Shown here in pieces: positions 38,161-47,179 of a DNA stretch of 64,000 bases. The position numbers were made by a program, and so were the translations under genes. Each line of letters begins with the position of its first letter. The first letter of the stretch is position 1. Origin of the DNA: an uncultured bacterium (GTDB lineage Bacteria; Babelota; Babeliae; Babelales; Vermiphilaceae); NCBI GenBank assembly GCA_963702025.1, contig OY969699.1:1376001-1440000 (forward strand), read 5' to 3'. The notes below the pieces were generated by a model. That model ran no database searches. It saw only the letters and a list, made by a program, of their open reading frames with translations, and was not told where the DNA came from.

Positions 38161-38706
38161 ATGAATCACCAGTTAATTGCATTTGCATGTATAGTAAGTT
38201 TCTCATCAACATATGGGATGGATAATGCATTAGTACAATCTCATGCTACGGCTTTAACGAAAGATGCGCATGCCCAAGCATTGGTAGAATTACTGCAAAT
38301 CGATGCAAACCGATCTGAAGAACTTAAAAAAATCCACCTACGGATGCTTAAGCAAGAAGAAGAAAAAACAAGCCTGCAGGCTCAGTTAAGAGCAACGAAG
38401 GATGAGCTTGCCAATCAAAAAACCAATAATCAAAATCTTGCAGATCAAATGACACTTCTACAAGAATCTAATATTAGACTGGAAATAAAAGTAGATTCTC
38501 TCAAACGCGACAAATCCGAACTTCGTTTTTATGTTACCGGTGCTATTTTTATCGGCGGACTAGCAGTCTTAAGCCATATTATTAAATTGCCGCAAACAAA
38601 TAGTAGTGTTGAAGAAATTATTAAATCAAAACCTGTTCAAGCAGATGATAAAAAATCTGATCCAGCAGATATAGATTACGCAGACCTGGTACATGGCCTG
38701 TTGTAA
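38161..38706 (+). CDS. Secreted coiled-coil protein with a C-proximal TM segment (signal peptide + MD)
   Basis: ...SFSSTYG|MD; coiled coil; FYVTGAIFIGGLAVLSHII. Confidence 0.75.
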   Translation: MNHQLIAFACIVSFSSTYGMDNALVQSHATALTKDAHAQALVELLQIDANRSEELKKIHLRMLKQEEEKTSLQAQLRATKDELANQKTNNQNLADQMTLLQESNIRLEIKVDSLKRDKSELRFYVTGAIFIGGLAVLSHIIKLPQTNSSVEEIIKSKPVQADDKKSDPADIDYADLVHGLL

Positions 38707-38766
38707 TAAAAAAATGCATAAAATCAGTTTCGTACAGTAATAGTTGTTTAGTAAAAAATTATCTAA

Positions 38767-40118
38767 CAATGGTTCGGACATTTTTAACATCTGACAACTC
38801 CGGTTTCTATTACACTTTTTATCCCAGGGTGGAATTTAATCAAACTCAGGTCCAACCCTAAGATTGAAAAAATTAGATTTACCAGCATTTCATTATAGTT
38901 TCTCCTTTTGTGGCTTTGCATAGAAAATGGCGCTCTTTCATTGGTACCAGCCCCCGCTTCCGTCTCTTGAATTTTGGTCAAAAGAAGAGCGGTCGCTGAG
39001 GCATTTAAGTGGGCATGTATTTTTTCTTTACTGCGGACTTGGAAGTCAGTAAGCCCAACAAATTGTTTTCCATCACGAAAGATGAACTCAATCTGAAAGC
39101 GTGAGCTATAGGTAACATGGATCTCCTGAGCGCTCAAAGTCAAATCGGTAGAGAACATGAGTACCAGGCCTTGCTTATTTTTACGCGTACGCACTAGACA
39201 AGCAACCTTAACCGTACACTTGAGATTTACACTATAAAAAGTTCCTTCATATAAATCATCTCCATCCTCAGTTGCGCATACAAAAGAGTAACTTTTCAAA
39301 TCTTTCACATCAACTTTATCTCCATATTTTTTTGGCCGACCTCTTCCTCCTTTTTTCTCAAAATTGAGGAACCGCAAATTAGCATCGCAACGCAACTTGC
39401 TTACTACGTGATAGCCGCATTTGCGAGCCATAGTGACAAACTTTTTGTTGGCAAAGTACGCATCAACAATGAGTAGCTTAATACTCAGAGGCAAGCCATG
39501 CAATTTCATCTTATTGAGCTGCTGTTCTGCGCAGTCAACATAAAAATCCATTCGATTTGCTTCAGAAGCTCCAATCAACTTTTTGATTTCATCTTTTGGT
39601 GGTGTTTGGATCACCACGAGGGGATAAGCCGTATTTTTCTTAATATCGATAAGCGCGAATCCATTTCCTTCAAGACCCTTTTCAGACTTGCCGCTGGAGC
39701 CATTCCAAAATGATTCCAGGCCATAGGTTTTCTTGCCAGACTTTTTTATAAAAAACGGATCATAAGCTATTCCATAATGCCCATTTTCATCGATAATTTT
39801 GTTCACTGTCAAGCAATTGAATTGCAAGTAATCAAATGGCTTTTCAAAATTCCGAGAGAACGTTTTTTCGTCATAAGATGCATATCGCGCCATGTTACGA
39901 AAATTCATTCTTCCCCCCATCGATAATATCGTGCCAAGCATGCTTTCGATAAATTTTTTCTGAGGCTTATAAATTCCTGTCATTTTTTCTAAAATTTCCT
40001 GTATAATTTTCATTGCCGCATTTCAATCTTTTTTTAGAGGAAGTTTGATTGACTCCACTAATTATGGGTATGCGGTTTAAATTTTCAAGTTACTTTCAAA
40101 AAACTGTCCGAACTATTG
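38767..40118 (-). mobile_element. Intact insertion sequence (IS4/IS701-like DDE), 1352 bp
   Basis: TIRs CAATGGTTCGGACA (38767) and TGTCCGAACTATTG (ends 40118), 1 mismatch in 14; 6-bp direct repeat ATCTAA at 38761-38766 and 40119-40124. Confidence 0.92.
38784..40013 (-). CDS. DDE transposase
   Basis: IAYD...KSGKKTYGL, IVDAYFA, YSSRFQIEFIFRDGKQFVGL (Y-R-E-K signature). Confidence 0.93.
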   Translation of the reverse strand: MKIIQEILEKMTGIYKPQKKFIESMLGTILSMGGRMNFRNMARYASYDEKTFSRNFEKPFDYLQFNCLTVNKIIDENGHYGIAYDPFFIKKSGKKTYGLESFWNGSSGKSEKGLEGNGFALIDIKKNTAYPLVVIQTPPKDEIKKLIGASEANRMDFYVDCAEQQLNKMKLHGLPLSIKLLIVDAYFANKKFVTMARKCGYHVVSKLRCDANLRFLNFEKKGGRGRPKKYGDKVDVKDLKSYSFVCATEDGDDLYEGTFYSVNLKCTVKVACLVRTRKNKQGLVLMFSTDLTLSAQEIHVTYSSRFQIEFIFRDGKQFVGLTDFQVRSKEKIHAHLNASATALLLTKIQETEAGAGTNERAPFSMQSHKRRNYNEMLVNLIFSILGLDLSLIKFHPGIKSVIETGVVRC

Positions 40119-40140
40119 ATCTAATACAAAGGCAATATCC

Positions 40141-40647
40141 ATGATTAACAAATCTCTAACTCTTCTTATGGTACTCAGTATTTCAGCAACCTATGGCATG
40201 CAAAAGCAACAACTTCAACTATCATCGGCGCAATTACAACAGGGTATTTATACTCGATTGAATTCTCATGAGGATCAACTGAGAAAAAATACCGATCAAA
40301 TAAATGCACTTGAAAAAATATTAAAAGATAGGGAAGAAGAAAAAAAAATATTGGCAGAAGCGCACGCAATAAAAGATAATGAAAATGCCAAAAAGCTGAA
40401 AGAATTAACCGCTGAAAATACTCAATTGCAGAATAGCGTGAGTAATCTTCAGGCTGCTGCAATTGGAACTGGTATTTTTGCGGGTTTATCTGCTCTTGTC
40501 GGCTTAGTTTGGCTTGTAGATCATCAAGAAACTCTCAAAGAGCATAAAGAAACTCTCAATGAACATGGGAACGAGTTGAGAAATCATGGCTACGAGTTGC
40601 GAAATAATCAAGAAACTCTCCAAAAGTTTGCCAACAAGCCCAAATAG
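40141..40647 (+). CDS. Secreted coiled-coil plus TM protein (signal peptide + MQ) with C-terminal heptad repeats
   Basis: ...SISATYG|MQ; IGTGIFAGLSALVGLVWLV; HQETLKE-HKETLNE-HGNELRN-HGYELRN-NQETLQK. Confidence 0.75.
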   Translation: MINKSLTLLMVLSISATYGMQKQQLQLSSAQLQQGIYTRLNSHEDQLRKNTDQINALEKILKDREEEKKILAEAHAIKDNENAKKLKELTAENTQLQNSVSNLQAAAIGTGIFAGLSALVGLVWLVDHQETLKEHKETLNEHGNELRNHGYELRNNQETLQKFANKPK

Positions 40648-40663
40648 CTGAAGCGTTCATCAG

Positions 40664-40870
40664 TTATTTTTCTACAAACTCCAAAAGCTCACCCGGCTGA
40701 CAATCTAATGCTTTGCATAAAGCTGAAAGCGTTGAAAATCGAATAGCTTTTGCTTTATCGTTTTTTAAAATAGAAAGATTTGCTTCGGTGATACCAACTT
40801 TTTGCGCAAGCTCATTCAATCGCATTTTGCGTTTTGCCATCATTTCATCAAGTCGCACAATAATAAACAT
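40664..40870 (-). CDS. XRE/Cro-family HTH regulator (YozG-like)
   Basis: LDEMMAKRKM...VGITEANLSILKNDKAKAIRFSTL...LDCQPGELL. Confidence 0.92.
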   Translation of the reverse strand: MFIIVRLDEMMAKRKMRLNELAQKVGITEANLSILKNDKAKAIRFSTLSALCKALDCQPGELLEFVEK

Positions 40871-40872
40871 GT

Positions 40873-41421
40873 TTACACCACCAAATCTTGTTCTGATTTG
40901 ATTTTATGGGCCTCTTGAATTAGATGCACCGCCATAAAAAGAATTAAAACGATGAACAAATGTATTATATCGTTAAAGTTTATTGACACCATAACATAAC
41001 GGTTTCCTGCTGATTTAAATAAAGAAATCATCAAACTTGCAATGGTATCAAAAAAAACTTGGTAAAGAGCCCAAACAAGCATGATCATATTAATTTTCTT
41101 TACTATGTTAACCACTTCTTGCGTGAAAAACTGATTTTTTTTGTAGAGTTCTAAAATTTTAAAAAAATACCACAATGCAAAAAGTAAACAGATTACTGAT
41201 ACGCTTTCAAGAATGAAAAATAAAGCTTTGCCCAAGAAAGGCACTGTTACGATATCATGATCGAGAATTGCTGGAGCCGCTTGCATTTGATAATACGCAA
41301 GACAAAACTTGTTTGCATTAATTTTTCCCCACGAAAGTAATCTCATAATAATAATGAGCGGAACCACAACAAAAAGCGCACATCGCTGAATCCATATTGC
41401 AATGTTAGAAATTTTATTCAT
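40873..41421 (-). CDS. DUF2975 family membrane protein
   Basis: Four TM segments; C-terminal EAHKIKSEQDLVV; paired with a YozG-like HTH; likely start MNKISN. Confidence 0.85.
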   Translation of the reverse strand: MNKISNIAIWIQRCALFVVVPLIIIMRLLSWGKINANKFCLAYYQMQAAPAILDHDIVTVPFLGKALFFILESVSVICLLFALWYFFKILELYKKNQFFTQEVVNIVKKINMIMLVWALYQVFFDTIASLMISLFKSAGNRYVMVSINFNDIIHLFIVLILFMAVHLIQEAHKIKSEQDLVV

Positions 41422-41620
41422 CGTTACTCCTAAAAAAAGTAATTTAACAATTTTCAACACATCGAATAATAACAAATATTTATCGAAAATCAATATATTT
41501 TTTGAAAAATGTTTTATAAATATGCATTTCTGCAAGTTACTTCCACTGATATTCGACAATCGGTATAATGGCTTAAATGAATTTTAAGATTACGCAATGC
41601 AAATAAAAAAAGGGTCACGA

Positions 41621-42781
41621 ATGTTCAAAACGTCTTTGGTAATAATCGGCACCACACTTGCTGCGTTACTCTGGTATGCATCACCTATTTTTAAACCCTT
41701 CCCAAAGCCAACCGGGCCCTATTCTGTTGGCACAACAGTTGTCGAATTAACAGAAGCCAATCGTAAAGAAACTTTTTCGGGAAATCCTGATGAGAAACGT
41801 ATGTTGGTTGCACGGATATTTTATCCTACTATCCGAGTAGATAATCTTGAAAAATATCCGTATCTTGGCAACAAAATGCCGTACTACCAAAAATTTGTGG
41901 CGTCTTATTATCAGGTTCCCGAATCTATAGCAAAATTGTTTTTGCGTGGGGTTGAAACTCATTCATTTATCAATGCCACAGTAGCAAACAAACAAAGCTC
42001 GTATCCCGTTGTCTTATTTTCTCATGGATTACTTGGCCTGCCCAGTGACACCTCTTTAACGATTTTAGAAAACCTTGCAAGTCATGGGTATATTGTTGTT
42101 GCAATTGATCACTCATATTTAAATGCACTTACCTTGTTTGCCGATGGCAGAGTGACTTCTTCGGTTAAATTGAGCGAGCAGTTTAATAAAATGCGGCCGC
42201 ACGAACAAAAAGAGTTTCAGACCAAAGCAATTGATGTGTATAAAGCCGACATGAAATTTATAATCGATGAACTAGTGAAACTCAATGAAGATCCCAAAAG
42301 CATCTTTTACCACCGCATTAACCTGGAAAAGATTGCCGCAATGGGCCATTCTGCTGGCGGTACCGCTTCAATAGAGTTTTGCCGGAGTGATAATCGATGC
42401 AAGGCAGCAATAGATCTTGATGGCTGGTATGATCAAGCAATTGGCCTAGAACCCATTAATAAGCCATTGCTTTTGATGTTTGGTTCAAAAAGCCTGGAAG
42501 TTTCTGAGCCCACGTCGGAATATTTAAAAAGAAAAGAGCTAACGCGAGAACAATATTTTGAGCGTGAGAAGAATATTGATGCTCACATCAAGAAATTATG
42601 TTCCGTGCCTACCTGCTCTTTTGTTATTATCCCCAATGCAAGCCATGGCGATTTTGATGATGAAATGTTTATAAAATGGCCATTGAGATCATGGAATGAA
42701 GTTGAACCATATACAACAATAGCATTAATCAATGGCCATATTGTACAATTTTTGAATAAATACTTATCAAAAGAAAAATAA
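41621..42781 (+). CDS. Alpha/beta hydrolase (PAF-acetylhydrolase-like)
   Basis: PKPTGPYSVG, PVVLFSHG, LASHGYIVVAIDH, nucleophile motif GHSAGG, DLDG, ASHGDF. Confidence 0.9.
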   Translation: MFKTSLVIIGTTLAALLWYASPIFKPFPKPTGPYSVGTTVVELTEANRKETFSGNPDEKRMLVARIFYPTIRVDNLEKYPYLGNKMPYYQKFVASYYQVPESIAKLFLRGVETHSFINATVANKQSSYPVVLFSHGLLGLPSDTSLTILENLASHGYIVVAIDHSYLNALTLFADGRVTSSVKLSEQFNKMRPHEQKEFQTKAIDVYKADMKFIIDELVKLNEDPKSIFYHRINLEKIAAMGHSAGGTASIEFCRSDNRCKAAIDLDGWYDQAIGLEPINKPLLLMFGSKSLEVSEPTSEYLKRKELTREQYFEREKNIDAHIKKLCSVPTCSFVIIPNASHGDFDDEMFIKWPLRSWNEVEPYTTIALINGHIVQFLNKYLSKEK

Positions 42782-42965
42782 GCATGAAATTACCAGATCA
42801 ATTTATTACTTTCGTTGAAAGTGTATGGCATGAACCTCAGTGTGCCCAGAAAATTATAGAAATTTGATTACGGCATCGTATCTGCTTGCTTAAATTTGCG
42901 GTATCATTACTCTATTAGATGTTTTTCACTCAATTACATCACCGTTAAAATAAAAGGATTCTCTC

Positions 42966-43586
42966 ATGTTCACATGCAAAGCACTCGCCATCATTCTTCT
43001 TGTAAGCTCATCCAGCACATTTTCCATGCAAAATGAAAAAAATAATGAGCAACCAAACCCATTTTTGCAAGGTTCTCAAGCAATACCGGTTCCCTCTATT
43101 ATTTATCCTTCTCTTCCAGTACCGCCCGTAACTCTTTCAATACCATTACCAATATTACCCAATGAATTACCAAAACGGAGCTTATGGGCCGGTGGCGCAA
43201 TTGCCAATATTGGTATTGCTGACCATGCAACGCGTTTCACCATAAGCACACTTGCGCATGCCAATGGATGCATTGAACATCGATATGCACCATCTACCTA
43301 TCTACTTGCCGCAGCAGGTGCGGGCCTGGCGGGTGCTTCAGCCGGATCCGTTTTACTCTGCGCAAAAAAAGCATATTGCGGACAACAAGCAATCATCAAG
43401 AAAAAAAAGGCCGCGCTGGGCATTGGCAAAGTAGCCAGTGGCGCCATTATTTTTGCACTGAGCACTCAATTAACTTCCCTTGATGATTCAATGGCCACTA
43501 CCACTCTTGCGCGCGGCGGGCAATTTATCAGTTTGGCCTGCGCCGCCGATGGTATTTATGATATTTATACATCTGTTGGCAAATAA
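42966..43586 (+). CDS. Secreted protein with a Pro-rich N-terminus and Gly/Ala-rich hydrophobic segments (signal peptide + MQ)
   Basis: ...SSSTFS|MQ; AAGGA RBS. Confidence 0.7.
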   Translation: MFTCKALAIILLVSSSSTFSMQNEKNNEQPNPFLQGSQAIPVPSIIYPSLPVPPVTLSIPLPILPNELPKRSLWAGGAIANIGIADHATRFTISTLAHANGCIEHRYAPSTYLLAAAGAGLAGASAGSVLLCAKKAYCGQQAIIKKKKAALGIGKVASGAIIFALSTQLTSLDDSMATTTLARGGQFISLACAADGIYDIYTSVGK

Positions 43587-43629
43587 CGCGAACTCGAACT
43601 AAAAAACTAGAGGAACAAATTGAGAAAGG

Positions 43630-43761
43630 CCGCTCGTGGTGAGTGCAGCCGCAGGCTGCGTATCAAACCATGCGGCCCAAAAATCATAAGATATATTGAT
43701 AAATATTTATTAAACCCGCATGGTTCGATACGATTGCTTCGCAATCACTCACCACGAGCGG
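43630..43761. repeat. REP-doublet (REPIN-like) inverted element
   Basis: Arms at 43630-43675 and 43716-43761 are inverted copies of CCGCTCGTGGTGAGT-[hairpin]-GTATCRAACCATGCGG. Confidence 0.8.
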
Positions 43762-43819
43762 GTTTTATGACTAATTTTCAAAATTTTATCCCAATTTAAC
43801 GTTAATTAAAAGGATCCGC

Positions 43820-44542
43820 ATGAAAACATCCATCTCATTACTTCTACTCACCATCTGCACAGTACCGCAGTACCTCGTTGCGTCCGAACATTGCAGCAAA
43901 AAGAAAATTGATCCATCACATGAATATTCCACCTGGGAAAGCCTCATTGATCAATCAATAATTCAAGCATGCATTAAAAGCACGCAATGGTGCAAACAAA
44001 GAACATTGAAAGAGAATGAAAAGGATTTACAAACTGCCTGCGAGCAGCTGAATAATGATATTGCGAAACTTAAAAACGGAAACCATTCACGTGCTAAGAG
44101 TGCGCGAGATGCCGTATGGACCATTTATCTAAAAAAAACATTCGATATAACTGAAAGTCAAAAGGATCTTTCCAAAAACAAGATTACCCAACTGGAACAA
44201 CAATTACGCAGAAAGGAGCTGCTCAGTTTACACTATGAATTACACAATCAGAATAATTGGCAATCGCATATTTCGTCAGAAATTATAAGCGCTTGCCGGC
44301 GAGTAAATAATAATCTGGGCTCACTGGAACTGGAATCAAAAGATGTGGAAGTTCATAAAGCTTGTGCCCAATTGCAAAAGGATATGCTTGCTTTGACATA
44401 TGGGAATAAGGGAAAAGCTGCGGATGCCCGCCGAAACATCGACATCATTAACAGCAAAACTAGTTCTACTGAAGTTCCCGGCGGCTGCAGTCGTACAAGT
44501 GCGGAAATGATCGATGCTTTGGCAAATCGACAGCTTTCATAA
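43820..44542 (+). CDS. Secreted helical protein with an internal two-fold domain duplication
   Basis: WESLIDQSIIQAC...ACEQLNNDIAKLKNGNHSRAKSAR versus WQSHISSEIISAC...ACAQLQKDMLALTYGNKGKAADAR. Confidence 0.75.
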   Translation: MKTSISLLLLTICTVPQYLVASEHCSKKKIDPSHEYSTWESLIDQSIIQACIKSTQWCKQRTLKENEKDLQTACEQLNNDIAKLKNGNHSRAKSARDAVWTIYLKKTFDITESQKDLSKNKITQLEQQLRRKELLSLHYELHNQNNWQSHISSEIISACRRVNNNLGSLELESKDVEVHKACAQLQKDMLALTYGNKGKAADARRNIDIINSKTSSTEVPGGCSRTSAEMIDALANRQLS

Positions 44543-44552
44543 AAAAAAATTT

Positions 44553-44822
44553 TTAAAAATATGGCGGGCCCCATGCCAGATAATCAAATCCGGTATCATG
44601 ACCTTTTTTTTCATGTGTCATGCAGTGATGGGCACAATATTCATCAAGTATTTTTTGCGCATGAATCTTTACATCAATATCTTGTTTAAAATATTCTATC
44701 AATCGCATCCGGATCGCAAAACCGGCGAACTCATATAGAGAATCATGCGCTACAAATCGCATCATACCTTTCCATAAATCTGCAGGCAATAATTGCAAAT
44801 AATTATCAAATGGAAGGATTAA
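44553..44822 (-). pseudogene. Leaderless fragment with an F-box-like start (PFDNYLQLLPADLWKGMMRFV)
   Basis: No ATG or signal peptide; matches SYLQLLPKDLW of the 56862 protein. Confidence 0.45.
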
Positions 44823-44830
44823 TTTATCTT

Positions 44831-45529
44831 TTAACTTTTTTTTAACAATGCGTTAAACTCGGCAACAACTTTTGCATGATGTTCTTTATCTGCTGCAAAA
44901 TCATAAGAAAACGTAGAGGCAATCTCGCTCCCGGAATATTTTGGAGTAAATGGAGGACGGTAGCCTCTGGTTATCATTATATCGGACGCCCCTTCTTCAT
45001 CCTTTGCAGTTTCACTCTTATGTTTTTGATATGCTTCACGTAGCGGCGCATTATAAATCTTATCTTCTTCGGTTTCAAAACCTGAAAATAAAAGCTCAAC
45101 TTTTTTGTTATTTACCAAGCAGTGAACTTTACCGGTTGGGATATAGCTGAGCAAGCGATGCACCTGATCTTTTTTTGTCATCATAACTAAACATGCACCG
45201 CTATCAATGGTGCCATTCTTTATTTTTTCAAGTAGCTCATGAAATGGCTTTTGATCGAGATCACGAGCTTTTGATGCTTGCACGCAGAGTTGGATAAAAA
45301 ATGGCTGTTGCACCCGCGCAAGCTTTACCGTATCATCTGCTTGCTCGGTTTCTGCCAGCGGGCTAAGATAATGGTCATAGATTTCTTTGACCCTGCCGCC
45401 TCGGCCATCGCTTACCCACACATCGCCATTATCTTCGATGATGCATTTGAAATAGGGGCGGCCTTCCATTGCTTGCATGCTTATAATACTAAAACACGCT
45501 AATGCGATTATATTTTTTATGTAATTCAT
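44831..45529 (-). CDS. Secreted protein, unnamed 'QLxVQA/HRLL' family member 1
   Basis: ...SMQA|ME; FFIQLCVQASK, HRLLSYIPTG, YDFAADKEHHAKVVAEF. Confidence 0.8.
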   Translation of the reverse strand: MNYIKNIIALACFSIISMQAMEGRPYFKCIIEDNGDVWVSDGRGGRVKEIYDHYLSPLAETEQADDTVKLARVQQPFFIQLCVQASKARDLDQKPFHELLEKIKNGTIDSGACLVMMTKKDQVHRLLSYIPTGKVHCLVNNKKVELLFSGFETEEDKIYNAPLREAYQKHKSETAKDEEGASDIMITRGYRPPFTPKYSGSEIASTFSYDFAADKEHHAKVVAEFNALLKKS

Positions 45530-45556
45530 GAGATCCTCAATAATTAATGATATGAT

Positions 45557-46321
45557 CTATTTTCCAACTTCACGCAACTCTTGTTTCCATGCTTGTTTTT
45601 TTTGTTCTAGTTTTGCTGCTTCTTGCAGTGCAGCCTCTTTGTCTTGTTGATATTTTTTTAAAACAAATTTGCAACCCGGTGCAAAAAAGGGCAATACATT
45701 GCATCTTAAAATTACCGGTAGAGAGACTGATCGCTTTATATGTGTAAACATAAGCTCGGCTACGCCCTCATCTTTTATTGCTTGCATCTGATTAAAGATG
45801 CCAAAGTCGGGCTCCGCTACAAGAGAGCGATGAGAAAATGGATACTCGTCTGGATCAGCAAAAGTTATTGCCATTGCCCCTTCCCGGCTATAAAGCCCAA
45901 AAAAAACTTTCAAGAAACCAATATTCTTGTGCGCCAGAGCCTTATCAAAAAATGATACTTTTGTATTAATAGCGAATAAGGTGAACTGACTTGCTGGTGG
46001 CTTTGTCCAGTAATAATCTTCGTCCCTGTAGTAAGTTTGTTTATATTTAATTTCATTTCTAACCTCATATCTATCACTCGCGGAATCTTTATTTGCGCAT
46101 AATAGAGCACGAAGATAGAGGCTATCTTTTTTTCTTTCAAAATTTTCAGCAAGCTTTTCTAATTGCTCAGTTCTGCACTTGTAGTCACATCCTTGTTTTT
46201 CGAATTCTTGTAAAAATTTACGATGGTCTTCTTGCGAACACGGTTCAATTTTCTCTTCCATTGCACATAGGCTTATAATGCTAAAACAAGCTAACGCAAT
46301 TATTTTTTTGGTAATATTCAT
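45557..46321 (-). CDS. Secreted hypothetical protein (signal peptide + ME)
   Basis: MNITKKIIALACFSIISLCA|ME. Confidence 0.75.
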   Translation of the reverse strand: MNITKKIIALACFSIISLCAMEEKIEPCSQEDHRKFLQEFEKQGCDYKCRTEQLEKLAENFERKKDSLYLRALLCANKDSASDRYEVRNEIKYKQTYYRDEDYYWTKPPASQFTLFAINTKVSFFDKALAHKNIGFLKVFFGLYSREGAMAITFADPDEYPFSHRSLVAEPDFGIFNQMQAIKDEGVAELMFTHIKRSVSLPVILRCNVLPFFAPGCKFVLKKYQQDKEAALQEAAKLEQKKQAWKQELREVGK

Positions 46322-46330
46322 GAGATCCTT

Positions 46331-47050
46331 TTATGGCAATTTGTTTTGGAACAGCCCATTAAATTCAGCAACAATTTTTGCGTGATGTTCTTTATCTGCT
46401 GCAAAATCATAATTTGAGCTCAAGCGATCTTCACCGGTTAATTCCGTTTCTTTTCCTCTTCTGGCTTTTTGAGCAGCCAAAAATTCATAACATGGAAAGC
46501 CAGCCGGATCTAAAGGAAAATCTTCTTCCACTTTAGGCGCAACTGTTCTCACGATAGATTTATCTGGCTTATCAACCAATCGCATGCCAAGAATAATAGT
46601 CATTCTAATTTTTTTGTCGTTTACCAATTGCTTATTCACTTCTTTTCCCGAAGGAATATAACTGAGCAATCGATGTTCAGCATCTTTGTGGGTCACGGCA
46701 ATAGTTTCTTGTTCAGCCTCAATCTTGCCGCTTCGAACTCTATCCAACAATTCATGAAAGGGTATTGTATCGAGCTGCTTTATTTTTGAAGCTTGCACCA
46801 CTAGTTGAATAAATAATGCCTGTGGAATATTAAAATGTTGTTTGATATCATCTGCATTTTTAGTTTTATCCAGTGAATAAAAAAAGTTCGGATACGTTTC
46901 CTTTATCATGCCGCCGTGCTCATCTTTTATCCACACATCACCATTGCTGTCTTCTTCACTAAATACTCTATAATTATAAGCGCGCCCATCCTCCATTGCA
47001 GATGTAGCATTTGATAACAGTAGTACAGTTAGTAAGGCTTTTTTTAACAT
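46331..47050 (-). CDS. Secreted protein, 'QLxVQA/HRLL' family member 2
   Basis: ...NATSA|ME; LFIQLVVQASK, HRLLSYIPSG, YDFAADKEHHAKIVAEF. Confidence 0.8.
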   Translation of the reverse strand: MLKKALLTVLLLSNATSAMEDGRAYNYRVFSEEDSNGDVWIKDEHGGMIKETYPNFFYSLDKTKNADDIKQHFNIPQALFIQLVVQASKIKQLDTIPFHELLDRVRSGKIEAEQETIAVTHKDAEHRLLSYIPSGKEVNKQLVNDKKIRMTIILGMRLVDKPDKSIVRTVAPKVEEDFPLDPAGFPCYEFLAAQKARRGKETELTGEDRLSSNYDFAADKEHHAKIVAEFNGLFQNKLP

Positions 47051-47062
47051 AAGATTCCTTTA

Positions 47063-47179
47063 TTATTGAATATCACAAGACCATGAAGACCGTATTAACT
47101 GGGTAGCTTTAATCGGGTTCTGCTGCATGAAATAGACTGCATTCGATGTAAGTATTATTATAAAGGCTTTTTTTAACAT
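47063..47179 (-). pseudogene. 38-aa leader-only mini-ORF or truncated gene
   Basis: MLKKAFIIILTSNAVYFMQQNPIKATQLIRSSWSCDIQ*; ATG overlaps the upstream TAA; leader resembles MLKKALLTVLLLSNATSAME of the next gene. Confidence 0.5.

Noticed and set aside
40664..41421. DUF2975 plus XRE pair as a novel toxin-antitoxin system
   Set aside because: It is a widespread known gene pair (YoaS/YozG-like) with nothing unusual here
42784..42867. 27-aa ORF MKLPDQFITFVESVWHEPQCAQKIIEI after the hydrolase
   Set aside because: Possibly a truncated gene start, but too short to assign
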